From the NCBI GenBank assembly GCA_965285935.1, contig OZ260661.1, forward strand, positions 51,956,001 through 52,020,000: a stretch of 64,000 bases of DNA, written 5' to 3'. This DNA comes from Ophelia neglecta (Eukaryota). Position 1 is the stretch's first letter. Each line of letters starts with the position of its first letter. The position numbers and the translations under genes are program-made. Positions 22,980 through 34,944 of this stretch are shown here, piece by piece. The notes under the pieces are model-generated. The model had not been told where the DNA came from. It saw nothing but the letters and a program-made list of their open reading frames with translations, and did no database searches.

Positions 22980-23320
22980 GTAAAACTGCAAATCCATACA
23001 GGTCAAAAGGCGTGAAACAGCCATTCCTTCCTACTCGAAATGAGTAAAACTGCAATTCCATACTGATCAAAATGCGACAAACTGCCGTTCAATCCTGGGC
23101 AAAATGGGTAAAACGACAATTCCATACTGATCAAAATGCGAAAAAACTGCCATCCGATCCTGCGCGAAATGTGTAAAACGACAATTCCATACTGATCCAA
23201 ATGCGACAAACTGCCATTCCATCTCTCGCGATATGTTTAAAACTGCAATTCCATACTGATCAAAATGCGACAAACTGCCAAACAATCCTGAACGAAATGT
23301 GTAAAATCGCAGATCCAAAA
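22980..23320. repeat. ~64-bp minisatellite, ~5 copies
   Basis: GTAAAACTGCAATTCCATACTGATCAAAATGCGACAAACTGCC... recurring at about 22980, 23044, 23108, 23173 and 23237. Confidence 0.9.
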
Positions 23321-24769
23321 TGCTCGGCATGCGCATAACAATCATTGGATAAGTCAAAATATGCGGAATATTCTCGGGTGTGTAATACGTACGCTTTTGT
23401 ACAACCGAACTAATATTAATAAACGCGCCCGCGCGGAAACAGCAAAATACGATACATTTCCTTCATTGAATGAAATGTCGGGACATTCATTTGTGAACAT
23501 CTTTATTTGATAACCACACTTTTTTCCGGTACATCGTATTGCACCTGTCAGTAGAAACACTGACTACTGTCAGATGGTTTTGCAAATTGCGGATAAATGT
23601 TTTTTTTCACCATGGTAATGTTCAGAATGAATCTAATGGGCGACGGGAGAAGGAAGGGGGGCTAGTGAACGCCTTTAGAGCCAACATTACAACAATAAAG
23701 GCAGGAGGGCTTTCGAAACGTTCTCTTAATATCATGAATACAACATTCAAACTACATAGATGACATTAAAATTAAAATAAACCTGAAAAAATACATAGGA
23801 TTGCACATTATATAATTACAAACTAAATACTAATGATTTGCACAACTATCAATTAGAAATGTTTATAATGACCATCCTTATTGGAGAAATATTTTTGAAT
23901 TTTTTTTATTAATTTTTTTTATGGGTGCAGATTTGTTAAGGTTTTCTTTTCTAGTAAGAGCTGAAGAGTTTTCTGCTTGAAATTTTTGCTTACATCAATT
24001 TACAATATACTGATATCATGTAAAATAAGTCATAAAGTCTTTACACCGATATATTTCTCGCTTGCTTGACAGTATAGGGCTTGTACATATATAAAAGACG
24101 TATAATTTTAAACATGGATAATTCATATAAGAAGATCCCTTTAGTATATAGGCCTTCAGGACTGAAAAGCTGTTAATTTATTTTTATTTTTCATGTTTTT
24201 AATCATAGTCCATAATTCTGCCAATTTAATACAATTGGACGGTAAATTTGACATTCTTTCAATACGCAAAAATGTGCGACAAATTCACGCATAAAAAAGC
24301 TGTGCCCACATTTTTTGCTGCATGTATTTGTCACTAGCTTTTCAGTATATGACCTGTGCAAACATACGAGACGAACAAGCTGATGCCAAAGTGACACTGC
24401 AATACCAGATAACAGACCGAAGGGCCATAGCCCCGAAGAGCCTTGTTGCCTTGTAAAGTAGTAGTCCGATTGCACCGACTTGTCCGTAATTCCATCGTAC
24501 ATGAAAGTATTGTAGCGTACATACATATAAAGCATTTTAAATACAGCATTGTGTTAGATACATTCACAGTATTGGGAAGGGGAGAAAAGGGAGGAACTAA
24601 TAGCAAAGTCTAAAAATCCAACCAGAACAACCACCTTAATTAAAATTAAAGCACATTAAATACCTGTAATACAAAAATAGTGCACATGCACGCCCAGAAG
24701 TCGTTCGCACCTAAACATGTATAGGCCTACTCACGTAAACCGGCCCTGCCTTTGCCCTACAACCAGGAA

Positions 24770-24910
24770 ACCGTTCAATGCCGGTCAGCTCGGGCCTTCA
24801 AACTGTCAACAGTATCTGTTCCAGACATCTACAACGCTGTAGTGGACATTTATTTGGAGGAACCATATGTCTAAGCTTTGCCCAAAATGCTTTTAGCATG
24901 TTTGTAGGGG
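24770..24910 (-). mobile_element. CR1-type LINE 3' end remnant
   Basis: Minus-strand SVVDVWNR and TVDSLKARADRH resemble the CR1 C-terminus RVVxxWNxLP...TVNSFKxRLD. Confidence 0.5.
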
Positions 24911-24957
24911 TGTTCTTGTGTAGCTACATGGTGCACGGCCCAAACTGTTCTACAGTT

Positions 24958-25090
24958 CATCACCCTAACACTGTGAGCATCACCCTAACATTGTGAGCAT
25001 CACCCTAACACATCACCCTAACACTGTGAGCACCCTAACACTGTGAGCATCACCATAACACTGAAAGCATCACCATAACACTTTGAGCAC
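24958..25090. repeat. 20-bp minisatellite
   Basis: CATCACCCTAACACTGTGAG, about 7 imperfect units. Confidence 0.9.
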
Positions 25091-26951
25091 GATAACTACC
25101 ATGAAGTGGGTGCTTCAGACTTTTAGTCGTTATATTCTTTTCTAAGGGTAAATCATACGTACAGGGATCATGCGTGTACCTCTATGCCTAAATCATATGG
25201 CCTTGAGATATACGATATACTATATACTTGATATAGTTTACAGTGGTCTTATACTAGCCTCCATTCATATGGATTATGTCTAATTGGGCACATCTGTTTT
25301 GGTGGTCTTCCCAAAAAACCTTTCAGTCAAAATGTTATAGTTGATTTATATTGTTTGCCACACAATTATTATTATTATTTTTTTTTTGGTTGCCACACGA
25401 ATGTAGACAAATCCTTTATTAGACCAATCAATAATAGGTATATTCCGAGATTAGGCCAATCGTCCTATACTTTTCTGATTTTTCAATTACTTTGTTCATA
25501 TGTAGGCCCTGGATCAATGCAACTTTAGGTCATGTAGCAAACAAATTAGACCCTCTGGCTAATCAAATATGGACCCAGGGGGAATTACCTGTCTGCCATG
25601 GAGCTATTAACTTGAGGCCCTGTGTCAGTGATATTTTTGGTCCTCGAGCAATTAAAAATTGGACATTGAACAGTAAACTTTTGGGTTTAGGTCAATGAAA
25701 TTTAGACCATAATGTGTACACCAGAGAGAATTTCGAGCTCCATTTCTGCTGGAGAGACATTGGGCCTATGCAGTCTGTTGGTAAAAGGAGGTCCTCGGTA
25801 TTTGCGGACCGAATTTGGCTAAAAAAGGGCTTAGATATAGGGTCGAGTAGAGCTAAATGCCCTGTAGAGCAGTAAATTGGTGGGCGTTTATGTGTAGCCT
25901 CCAATCTGAGGCCTACTCCACCAGCCTATTCAGTTCAGCACGGAGCTCGTTCCAGTTATATTAACAGATGGGAGGGAGGCTGCGAACTTGGTATCTTTGG
26001 CGACGATTCAGACATTTTTTATCAGCCCAAAACCCTACAGGGTACGCTGCCGCTCACCTCACCCCAGACAGGGAAGGTGCCTTTCACTGCGCTCTCCTTC
26101 TCACATCATGACCACTCGACCCACTAATAAAGCGGTAAAATCATCACCTCAACAAGTTCTGGGCGTTAATGTGCACTCCCTAGCTCTACATAAAGCCATC
26201 ATCCAGCGTCCGGGTCCATTGATCTCGAGCTCCCGAGTAGGTTTGGATGATCCAGGGCATCCTGAAGCATATCCAGGTCAGCAGCTTTTCAACAACCAGT
26301 TTGCCTTCTTATCCTAAACTATTCAACACACGAAAGACTTTGCTTGCGATACGACCGGATTAGTAAACATTTATAAACATTAAAGACGATTTTTTACAGT
26401 GAACTTACCGTTGAAGCTATACATGGAAGTACGAATAAATAAATGATGTGCAAAACACTAAAAAGGGCACAAAATGTGCGTCTCTACGGTGGGTGCAAAA
26501 GTGAAAGATATTACACATGCTGTGTTTCGGTACTATGGATGCAGCTTGTAGGACGAAGGGGCGGGGAGGGGGGGGGGACTCATGAATGCGTCTGTTTCTG
26601 CAACCCAATGTTAAGAAGGCCAAACGTCATGGTTAAAAAAAATGGGGGAAAAGCCCATTACTTTTCACACCATTTTGGTTTGAAATATAGACTAGCGTAA
26701 ATCGTTAAAGAATTACATATGATGCTGCAGGCAAGGACGCAAGCACGGAAAATTTATTATAAGCCAAATAAAAGGGCGACCAACTTCTTATTTTTTATTG
26801 ACTTTGGTATTTTATTTTAGGGAACCCACGTATATAGACTCACATTGTAAGTATACTAGTACGGTACCTCTTACGTCACAGGGACACGGCCGTCATCCAC
26901 TTACCTCGCTGTTCCACCAAACAATAAATGACCGTAGTTATCAACATAATG

Positions 26952-27199
26952 TTCAGTTATCCATTCCTACATATATATATGTTTGTTCTGGGTGTTATTT
27001 CTTTAATCACTTCCTATATATTAATTTAATGTTCATAATCACTTGCCAGATTATTTTAAGGTACACCTCGATAATAGGTTCTGTTATCCATTCCTACATA
27101 TATATGTTTGTTCTGGGCGTTAGGTCTTTAATCACTTCCCGTATTAATTAAATGTTCATAATCACTTGCTAGATTATTTTAAGGTATACCTCGATAATA
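26952..27199. repeat. ~125-bp tandem duplication
   Basis: 26952-27076 and 27079-27199 are near-identical (GTTATCCATTCCTACATATA...CCTCGATAATA). Confidence 0.9.
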
Positions 27200-29689
27200 A
27201 GCCCTTCTTCATTATTGCTGTAGGGTAATTATCGGTTCTACGTGAGGAGTCATTTAATCATTCAATAATGTATAGGCCTAGATGTAGGTACACAGGTATT
27301 GGGACAGAGGCCCGTGAGTACCTTGAGGAATGCCAAGGTCACTGGGGTTGTATTGTACTCTAGTCTAGACAGACGCTGTGTTATATAAGATCCGCTGGGA
27401 GTGCCCCTTACACTGATTGTACCATTCGCTCGTGGCTTTCTTATTCCAGCCTTTTAATAGGGCATTCTTGTTAAATTCCTGGTCTCTCATGCCCGTACCG
27501 TTCTATGTAAATAGCTGAATTCTGTAACAAAAATAACACATTTTTATTTTTCAACGTACTAATTTTAAATCTTCACATAATACCTTTTTTGTTCAAGAAC
27601 ATCCCACGGCTTTATCTTGTACAACTATAAGTACCTCTAGGTATTTACAATTTTATCTATTTCAAGTACATTGGAAGCAATTATTTTTCTGATAAATCAT
27701 ATAAAATTATCTTTTTTATTTAATATTTTGGAAGCACGTGTTGATCTTGGAAATGAGTAGATAAAAACACATAGGGTAAAGAAAGTTTATAAGTCTCATT
27801 TAATTCATGAAGCAGAAGCAGTAAGTAAGCTCATTCCGGGTACAGAATGAAGGGAATTAGTTTCACGCATTCCGGGCCTAGAATAAAGGAAGCAAAGTTT
27901 CATGCATATTAAATTCCGTACTGCTTGGCCTAGTTTACTAATTCGTTCCTGGGTATTCTGAGCGCGTTTTCTGTGGCCCACGGCTGCTTACTGCGCGTAA
28001 TTAAATGATGAACAAAACATGTTTTACGTTTTCATATAGCACTTGTGGCCCTAAAAGATGCATGTTAGCCCTGCTTTATCTGTCCCATACACCCTGTTAA
28101 TTCATATAGGTGTTTCAGGCTTCTTTTCCTGCTAAATGTCTTTGTCGCCGGTCCCCATGAGAAATATAATAAATAGTGTACAATAAATTGAATAACTATA
28201 AATGCCGTACCGTTTCATATAAGATCAGCTCTGGTAACTCTCAACAGTAGACAGTTTCGGTCTGGGAGGACTCCAAGTTGTCTCAATGGATTTTTCCAAA
28301 CTTTTCATCCTCGCACTGTAAATAAAACCTGCTCCCGTTAGGCCTACTGGCTTTTTGTTCGACTGTGAAAACTCAGAAAACAAGACTGAAATTGCAAGAT
28401 TTCGGAGACAAGACTTATGTAATGTTGCTGCGTGGCTTGACTTGGCCATGTTACCTGTCTATAGACACAATTAAACTTCGAGAGGTGAGGGGGGGGGGAC
28501 TTAACTAATTGTACAGGTAACGTTTATGGCTAAAGGGAGGCCTATGTCTATACAACTGACCGATCCTCTCTGTGTGTATATATTTAATTGATGCTTTTCA
28601 GCGTCAATAGGCATCTCATTCTTAGATGAAATTAATTCAAATGCGAATTTCCCCATATTGTTGTGTTTAGCAATTTCAAATTTTCCTGTAATGTTATTTT
28701 ATCGCGACACCCCTTCAAGCGAATGCCGCCCCGATCCACTCCTTAGTTAGGCCAGAGTTGCCAAACTGCCAGACAAGGGAACGGGAAGGTTCTCAAAGCC
28801 ATGTATTGTGCCTCGTGTTCAAGGACCAAGCCGTTAAATCCAGGCAAGGACCGCGTTTCTCTCCCATGCTGTCATGAGTTTAATCTTGACAATAAATAGT
28901 ACTCACTATTTAATACTGTTTTACTTTCCACCCTTTCCAGGATTTTCACTCCAAGTTGCTCACACACAAAATTATTATGTTACTCGAAAAAAAATTATTT
29001 ACCAGTATATTGAAAAACAAGAATTTTCAGTGTGCTTAGGCCTAAATGCTGTAGGTTTTTTCTCTAGAAATGCTCTGTATTTCTGTATACCCGTATGGCA
29101 TTGATGTAATAGACAGGTATTGATGTCATCCACAGGCATACAAAAAATAAGGAAATGTAGTAGGGTTCTTACGTACGCCTGGTTTAATAATCATTTTATT
29201 TGTACTTCCATATGGGAATCACAGGCTTTCTACAGTCAACATTCCTTGCCTAAATGCATAAGTCCGGCCTATACCAGTTTTTTTTTTTTCAAATGATTAT
29301 TAATTCTAATTCAAAACATCTTTTCCATAACCTAACAGTATACAGGAAAGGCTTATGTGATCAGAATTAACTTTACTTTTAAACTGTATGTTAGTCCATT
29401 AACAAGAACTAGCTGATAAACAAGACTACCAGTAACAGTAACTTCTTGTAGCTTTACCCATAGATATAGAGAATTAAAGCATTGTAAGATGTTTACAACG
29501 CAAGGGGCCTAACTGTATCCTTTCTTCTATGTAAATGATTTGTAAAGGTATAACTGCATTTCCCCCCACAAAACCGAAGAAAAAAAAGGTTCACGTACAC
29601 GCAATATTACGATTTTGTGATGACGCGTCTTTATCATGCCAAATGCTGAGCCGCAGAAGGCCTTGCATACAGCACTAATAATGATTTAC

Positions 29690-29990
29690 TAGTTCCTAGT
29701 TCCTAGTTCCCAGTTCGGATTAGGAAATGAAACTCAAGCCATATCCTTATTCCAGTTCCTTGTTCCTTATTTTAAAAAAAAACCTACCAACCGAAATCTT
29801 AGCACACAATATCACTATAAATGACCCCTAGTGATCATTTCTGGCCATAAAGAATCAAAATCCGGAGATTTTTGGCCCATTTTCGCCCATTGAAAGTTGA
29901 GGGGAAATTTTTTGGTGGATTCCGTAATTTGGCCATTTCCTTATTCGATTTTGATTTTCAATGGGCGAAAACTGGATTTTGGAAGTGAGG
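29690..29990. repeat. Partner of the 21220-21720 repeat, largely inverted
   Basis: See the 21220-21720 entry. Confidence 0.55.
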
Positions 29991-31233
29991 CATTAAAATC
30001 TCCACATATCTTTACGAGCCAGTGGAGGACATGTACATATAGTTATATACATATAGCACGCTCTGCAGATTATCTATGGCAGGACTATAATTGTTCATTT
30101 TCCCTCGAATGCGAGAGAGAGAAAAAGGCAAATACACAGATCTAAAAGACTGCAGTAATAGCGCAGAGATATTATCAGCTTATTATAAACTCCAGCGCAT
30201 ATAAAAGTGTTACACTCAGAGTATATTTCTTTAAATACTAGACACTCGTGTAGCTTTCAAATGATGTGCCTACAAAAACGACTCTGCGAAACGCCGAAGG
30301 TCATAGCTTGTTTTTACGAAGATGATTGGCCCATTATTTTGACGTCACTGAACCAAATGATACTCAATCGAAAAAATCTAACAGAAGCATTAGACAATTT
30401 ATACATTTTTATCGAGAATAGTATGAACTTAGAACATGACCTTCTATATTGCACTTACTGGCGCAATATATTTGCGCAGGTTAGAAAAACGGTCTCTTTC
30501 ATCCCATAGGCTTAATCCCCGTTTGCGACAAGCACCAATCATAGTTTTCTAGGAAGCCACAACGATTATTCAAATAGCAAATTGCCGTTACTATAGCAGA
30601 TAAAGTGTATTATAAAAAATCTATGATTAGCCTGTTCTTTATACAAGACAGCAATGTGCGTGAACATTATGTATCAGTCATAGTTTAAAAATATCTGGAC
30701 TTTATTTCAATGGTAGGCCCTGACAAATATATTAGTTTTATACGAATTCATTCCATATACAAGACTATTTTAGCCACAAGGCACTATTAGAGTATATACC
30801 ATGCTGGGGGTATGGAACAACTGTCACCTTGAAAGACCGATATAACTCCCTACCTGTAGTCCTGCACGAGCCCCATTTGGTTGGGCCTTCAAAGCGAATG
30901 CGTTCTTTTGGGTGGATTTTTCCCTGACAAGCAGCTCACATCAGCATTATAAGGGATTACTTGAGAAGATGGCCTTGGATGGCCATGGCTAGCCGATAGA
31001 AGCCTTCATAGGCCATGGCCAGCCTATATTTTTGGTGCAGCAATGCTCAATCGAACCTCGATCACTTGTAAGTCGTCTGATGATTGGGATATTGGAGGGT
31101 GGGGGTGGGGTGTCATCACGGGGGGTGGGTGTGGGGTGGAGTTAATCAATAGTTAATCATATGGAGGCCTTTTGACAGGCTGCATTCATAGAATAGGCCT
31201 CTTTGATAAGCAATAAACTTGTTTGGCTGTTCC

Positions 31234-31424
31234 CAGTGGCGGATCAAGGATTTCAGGAGGGGGGGGGGGGGGGTGCCCAAAATTCCCAAAGTTGACCAGG
31301 CCAATAACTTGATTGCCCCCGGTACCAACCTTGCGTAGGTCCGGAAATAGGCCCTGGTCCGGGCCCACTTTCTGGCAAAGGGGGGGGGGGGGGGGCGGGT
31401 CCCCTGCCCCTTAATCCGCCACTG
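31234..31424. mobile_element. hAT-type MITE, 191 bp
   Basis: TIRs CAGTGGCGGAT...ATCCGCCACTG with a perfect 8-bp TSD GCTGTTCC (31226-31233, 31425-31432); two internal poly-G tracts. Confidence 0.92.
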
Positions 31425-32529
31425 GCTGTTCCATTAAACAACACCTAGGCTTATACACACGTGAGTCGGCGACGGACAGCTAGGTCTGCAGAGCAGCTTT
31501 TTAACAATCGACGGCCGTAGCGGAGTTATGTAGAAATAACACCTCAAACTGGTCCAATGCGGCATGTCACTATCCCGACGACCCATTGGTGCGAAGGTCG
31601 ATTAGTCCTCAGAGTAAAAGGCCGAAGGCCCATTGGTTCGAAAGCCCACTGATCATAAAAACTATCACCGAGATCTATCTAACGGTGTGTGTCTTTTAGT
31701 AAAGGTCAAATACTGTAAACAGATAAAACAAATTAGAAAGTAGAGTTTTTTTTTCAAAATGCGCCCACTTTGTGCTTGTTCTGCCCATCAATCAGCGTTA
31801 ATCTGCCTTCCACGTTTTCTTCATTTTAGGAGGGTGAATTTCTACGTGTACTAGCACATTTAATCTCGGATTGTTTTAGACTCATACAATAAATTAATGA
31901 GCTCAAAAAACGCGAAAGGTTAAACAATAACCCGAAATAAAATACTTAATTTGGTATAAATTGAAAATATGTTCTATACGGAGAAAGAAGCCAACTTTTA
32001 ACTAAACGAAATTAGCTCAAAATTAGCAAATTGCTTGTGGTATTTAATCAGATAAACGGAGCATTTAGAATGTATTAAAACTTACGAGAACAAAACAGTA
32101 TATACCATACATATACATTTTGTGTATAAAGCAAATGAAGAGCTACCCATTCAAATTGTTTTTTTTTATATAATATTTTTTATAAATATCAGACGTTTGA
32201 ATGCCGGTGTTTGATAATCAGTCATCACATGGGCGAAATTACTCAAACTTCTTTGCCTTACTTACTTTTTCTGGATAATCAAGTGATTTAAGTATGTACT
32301 TTTAAAATTAAATAATAGAAAATTGACGAATGATTCAATTTCTTTGAAATAAGCCTATAAGTAAAGCCAAAATATTCAATTTTAAAAGCCTAAAATATGG
32401 TAATAATTAATGGTTAGGTCTATGACATACATACGGTTGGATCTGTGCTATCAATCGGCGAAATTAGCCAAATATGTTTTTTTTATCGAGTTGAAGAAGA
32501 AAATTGACTTTGACATTAGTCATTTTAAC

Positions 32530-32900
32530 ACGAATTAAAAAATATATCTTCTTTCATGCACCAGAAAATTAAATCGCAAAACGTACTCTATCTAGTCTAA
32601 AGCTTAGCTCACATCGTCGTGAGATTGAAACTGGTAGGCATAATAGCTCGAATATCCCTGCAGAAAATCGCATGTGTTCTATGACAATGCTCTCTGGCAT
32701 TGGGGACGAAATTCACTTATTACTTAACTGTGATATGTTAGCCTATACCCTCAGATATTGTACTGATAAATTCTCTAATTGCTGGCATGACTTGAGTGAG
32801 TGAAGGAACTCAATTTATTTATATATTGCAATCATATGATCAGCAAATATATTAATGGCTGGGAGCCATGGTTAATGATTTATTTGTTCAAAGCAATAAA
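32530..32900 (+). mobile_element. LINE 3' zinc-knuckle remnant (RTE-X-like)
   Basis: LKLSSHRREIETGRHNSSNIPAENRMCSMTMLSGIGDEIHLLLNC matches the RLSSHxLxIETGR...RxCxxC...DExHFLLxC pattern. Confidence 0.75.
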
Positions 32901-33337
32901 TTGCTTGAAGGTATATCCTTACAATCTGTTTGACCTTTAGTCAGTAAGAAAAATATATATATTATTTATAGGCTAACAGCATAGTTTTGCTCTCTGGTCG
33001 TTCTGTGAGTTATTCGCTTTTCTTTTTCTTGTGTGAGCGGTGGTCATTACTTATAATGTTAGTTATGGCCGCTGCCGACGCGGGGAAAAATACACACATT
33101 TGATGTATAATGTCTTGTTTTTTGTTGTTTTGCCAGCTTGTGTTGTGCATGACATTGTATACTGCATGCAATATTCTTGTAGTGTTGTATGCGCGGCAAT
33201 AAAGATACATGATAAACTGCTTGAAAGTGGGCAGTACTCCTGCCGCAAGGGTAAAAATAAAAAGGGGCAGCGCAGTGCTACTGTAGAACCCATGGACAGC
33301 GCTACTGTCACATAGCTATCAGGTTCTGAGAATGTAC

Positions 33338-34371
33338 TTTATTATTCATTATTCATTTATCATTTTTCAAGCATTTATATAGCGCCCTATCTATGAACCC
33401 GCATACTCTATGGCGCTGTACAATAAATTGATTAGAAAATGTGCCATTAGATATATAAAAATACAAAATTTAAACCACAATAATTGATTAATAATGACTA
33501 AATTAGCTTATAATTGACAAAGAAATGGACTTTTTGACTAAGAAATGGCTTATAAATGACTAGAAACAACAAATAGTATTTACAAGTATGCCATTTAAAA
33601 AAATGTGTTGTAAGATTTCTTATAAATGTCCATAGCTTTCAGAATTTTTTAGGGAAATAGGGAGCTGGTTCCATGAAACTAAAGCGAAATAACTAAAATT
33701 TTTGTTTCCATATGTTTTGGTTTTCATTTTTGGCACCGTAAGCAGGTTTTCCTCTTGTGAACGAAGAGTTCTAGATGGCACGTAGGGGAGAACCAGTTCA
33801 GCTTTATAGCCTGGAGCAAGTCCATTTAGTGCCTTGTATGCAAATCCAAGGACCTTAAACATAATTCTCTTCTCCACAGGCAACCAATGTAGTTTTTTAA
33901 CACAGGCGTAATATGTTGTCGCTTGGGGCACCTAGAAATCAGCCGCGCTGCAGAATTTTGTAGGCGTTGCAGCCGATTTATCTGGGTTTGGGGGATGCCA
34001 GCAGGGAGTGAGTTGGCATAATCCAGGCGCGAAACAATCGTTGCCTAAACTAGTGTCTGGCAGTCGTTCTTGGAAAGAAGACCCCCGATCCTGAAAATTT
34101 CCCGATCTCACTATTTCAGGGACCTGGTTTGTCATAGTTAAGTGTGAGTCAAGAAAACATCCGAGATTTTTCACAAATCTACAAATATCAGATATGCAAA
34201 CTTCTATATGAGTTGCAGCCTCAGTCCACTGATCTCTGGACGATATTACTACATAGAGCTGGCTGTCATCTGCATAGCAATGATAATTCAGGTCGTGATG
34301 ACTCACAATATATCCAACTGGCCTGCAATACATTGAGTAACCTTTCGGTCCGAGGACCGAGCCTTGAGGAA
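33338..34371 (-). mobile_element. 5'-truncated, decayed L2-clade LINE
   Basis: PQGSVLGP, YHCYADDSQLY and LHWLPVEKRIMFK...ALNGLAPGY, with frameshifts and deletions; 3' stem-loop and AAT-rich tail at 33338-33420. Confidence 0.9.
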
Positions 34372-34944
34372 GACCAAACCGGCCAGAGCTTTCATAGTCA
34401 AGACGAGATCAGCGGCCTTTCTATGTAATTTCGGATATAAAGATTTGCATCCGACTTGTTGGCAATCCCTGGGACAATGCCTTGGCAGACCTGCTGTCAC
34501 AATGATAACATACCATGGACAATGCCAATGCTACAATGTCTACCTATAACAATACGGTTACAATGGCTATAAACCAACTTTGAACTCCATGAACAGTTTT
34601 ACACAAAACTTCATGGTAATATCTTTCGCAGAACGGAAACAAAATATCTTTATCCATAGGCTTTCCTGAAGGTTTTTGTACCACTGTAAGTATAGTTTCG
34701 TATTTTTTGATTTTCAGCCTTTCAGTAAAATCACGCTTATTTTCTATTTTACAACTAGGAATCAACGTACATGCAATATGTGGGAGCATATTATGGTAGA
34801 AAATTTTCTTGCCATCATTTGGAGACATTGTAAATTGACTTAAACAATTTTAAAATGGCTGCCATTTTCTTGCTTTGGAAAAAATGGCTAGACTGAAGAT
34901 ACACAATAGAAGTTAATACGAATATCAACCGTAAATAGGTCTAG

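Noticed and set aside
22980-23320. Repetitive minus-strand ORFs (HFDQYGIAVL...) as a repeat protein or CRISPR array
   Set aside because: The 64-bp unit shifts frame each copy and the whole unit is conserved, so this is a minisatellite.
24958-25090. Interstitial telomeric repeat (CCCTAA)
   Set aside because: CCCTAA occurs only once per 20-bp unit, not as a hexamer array.
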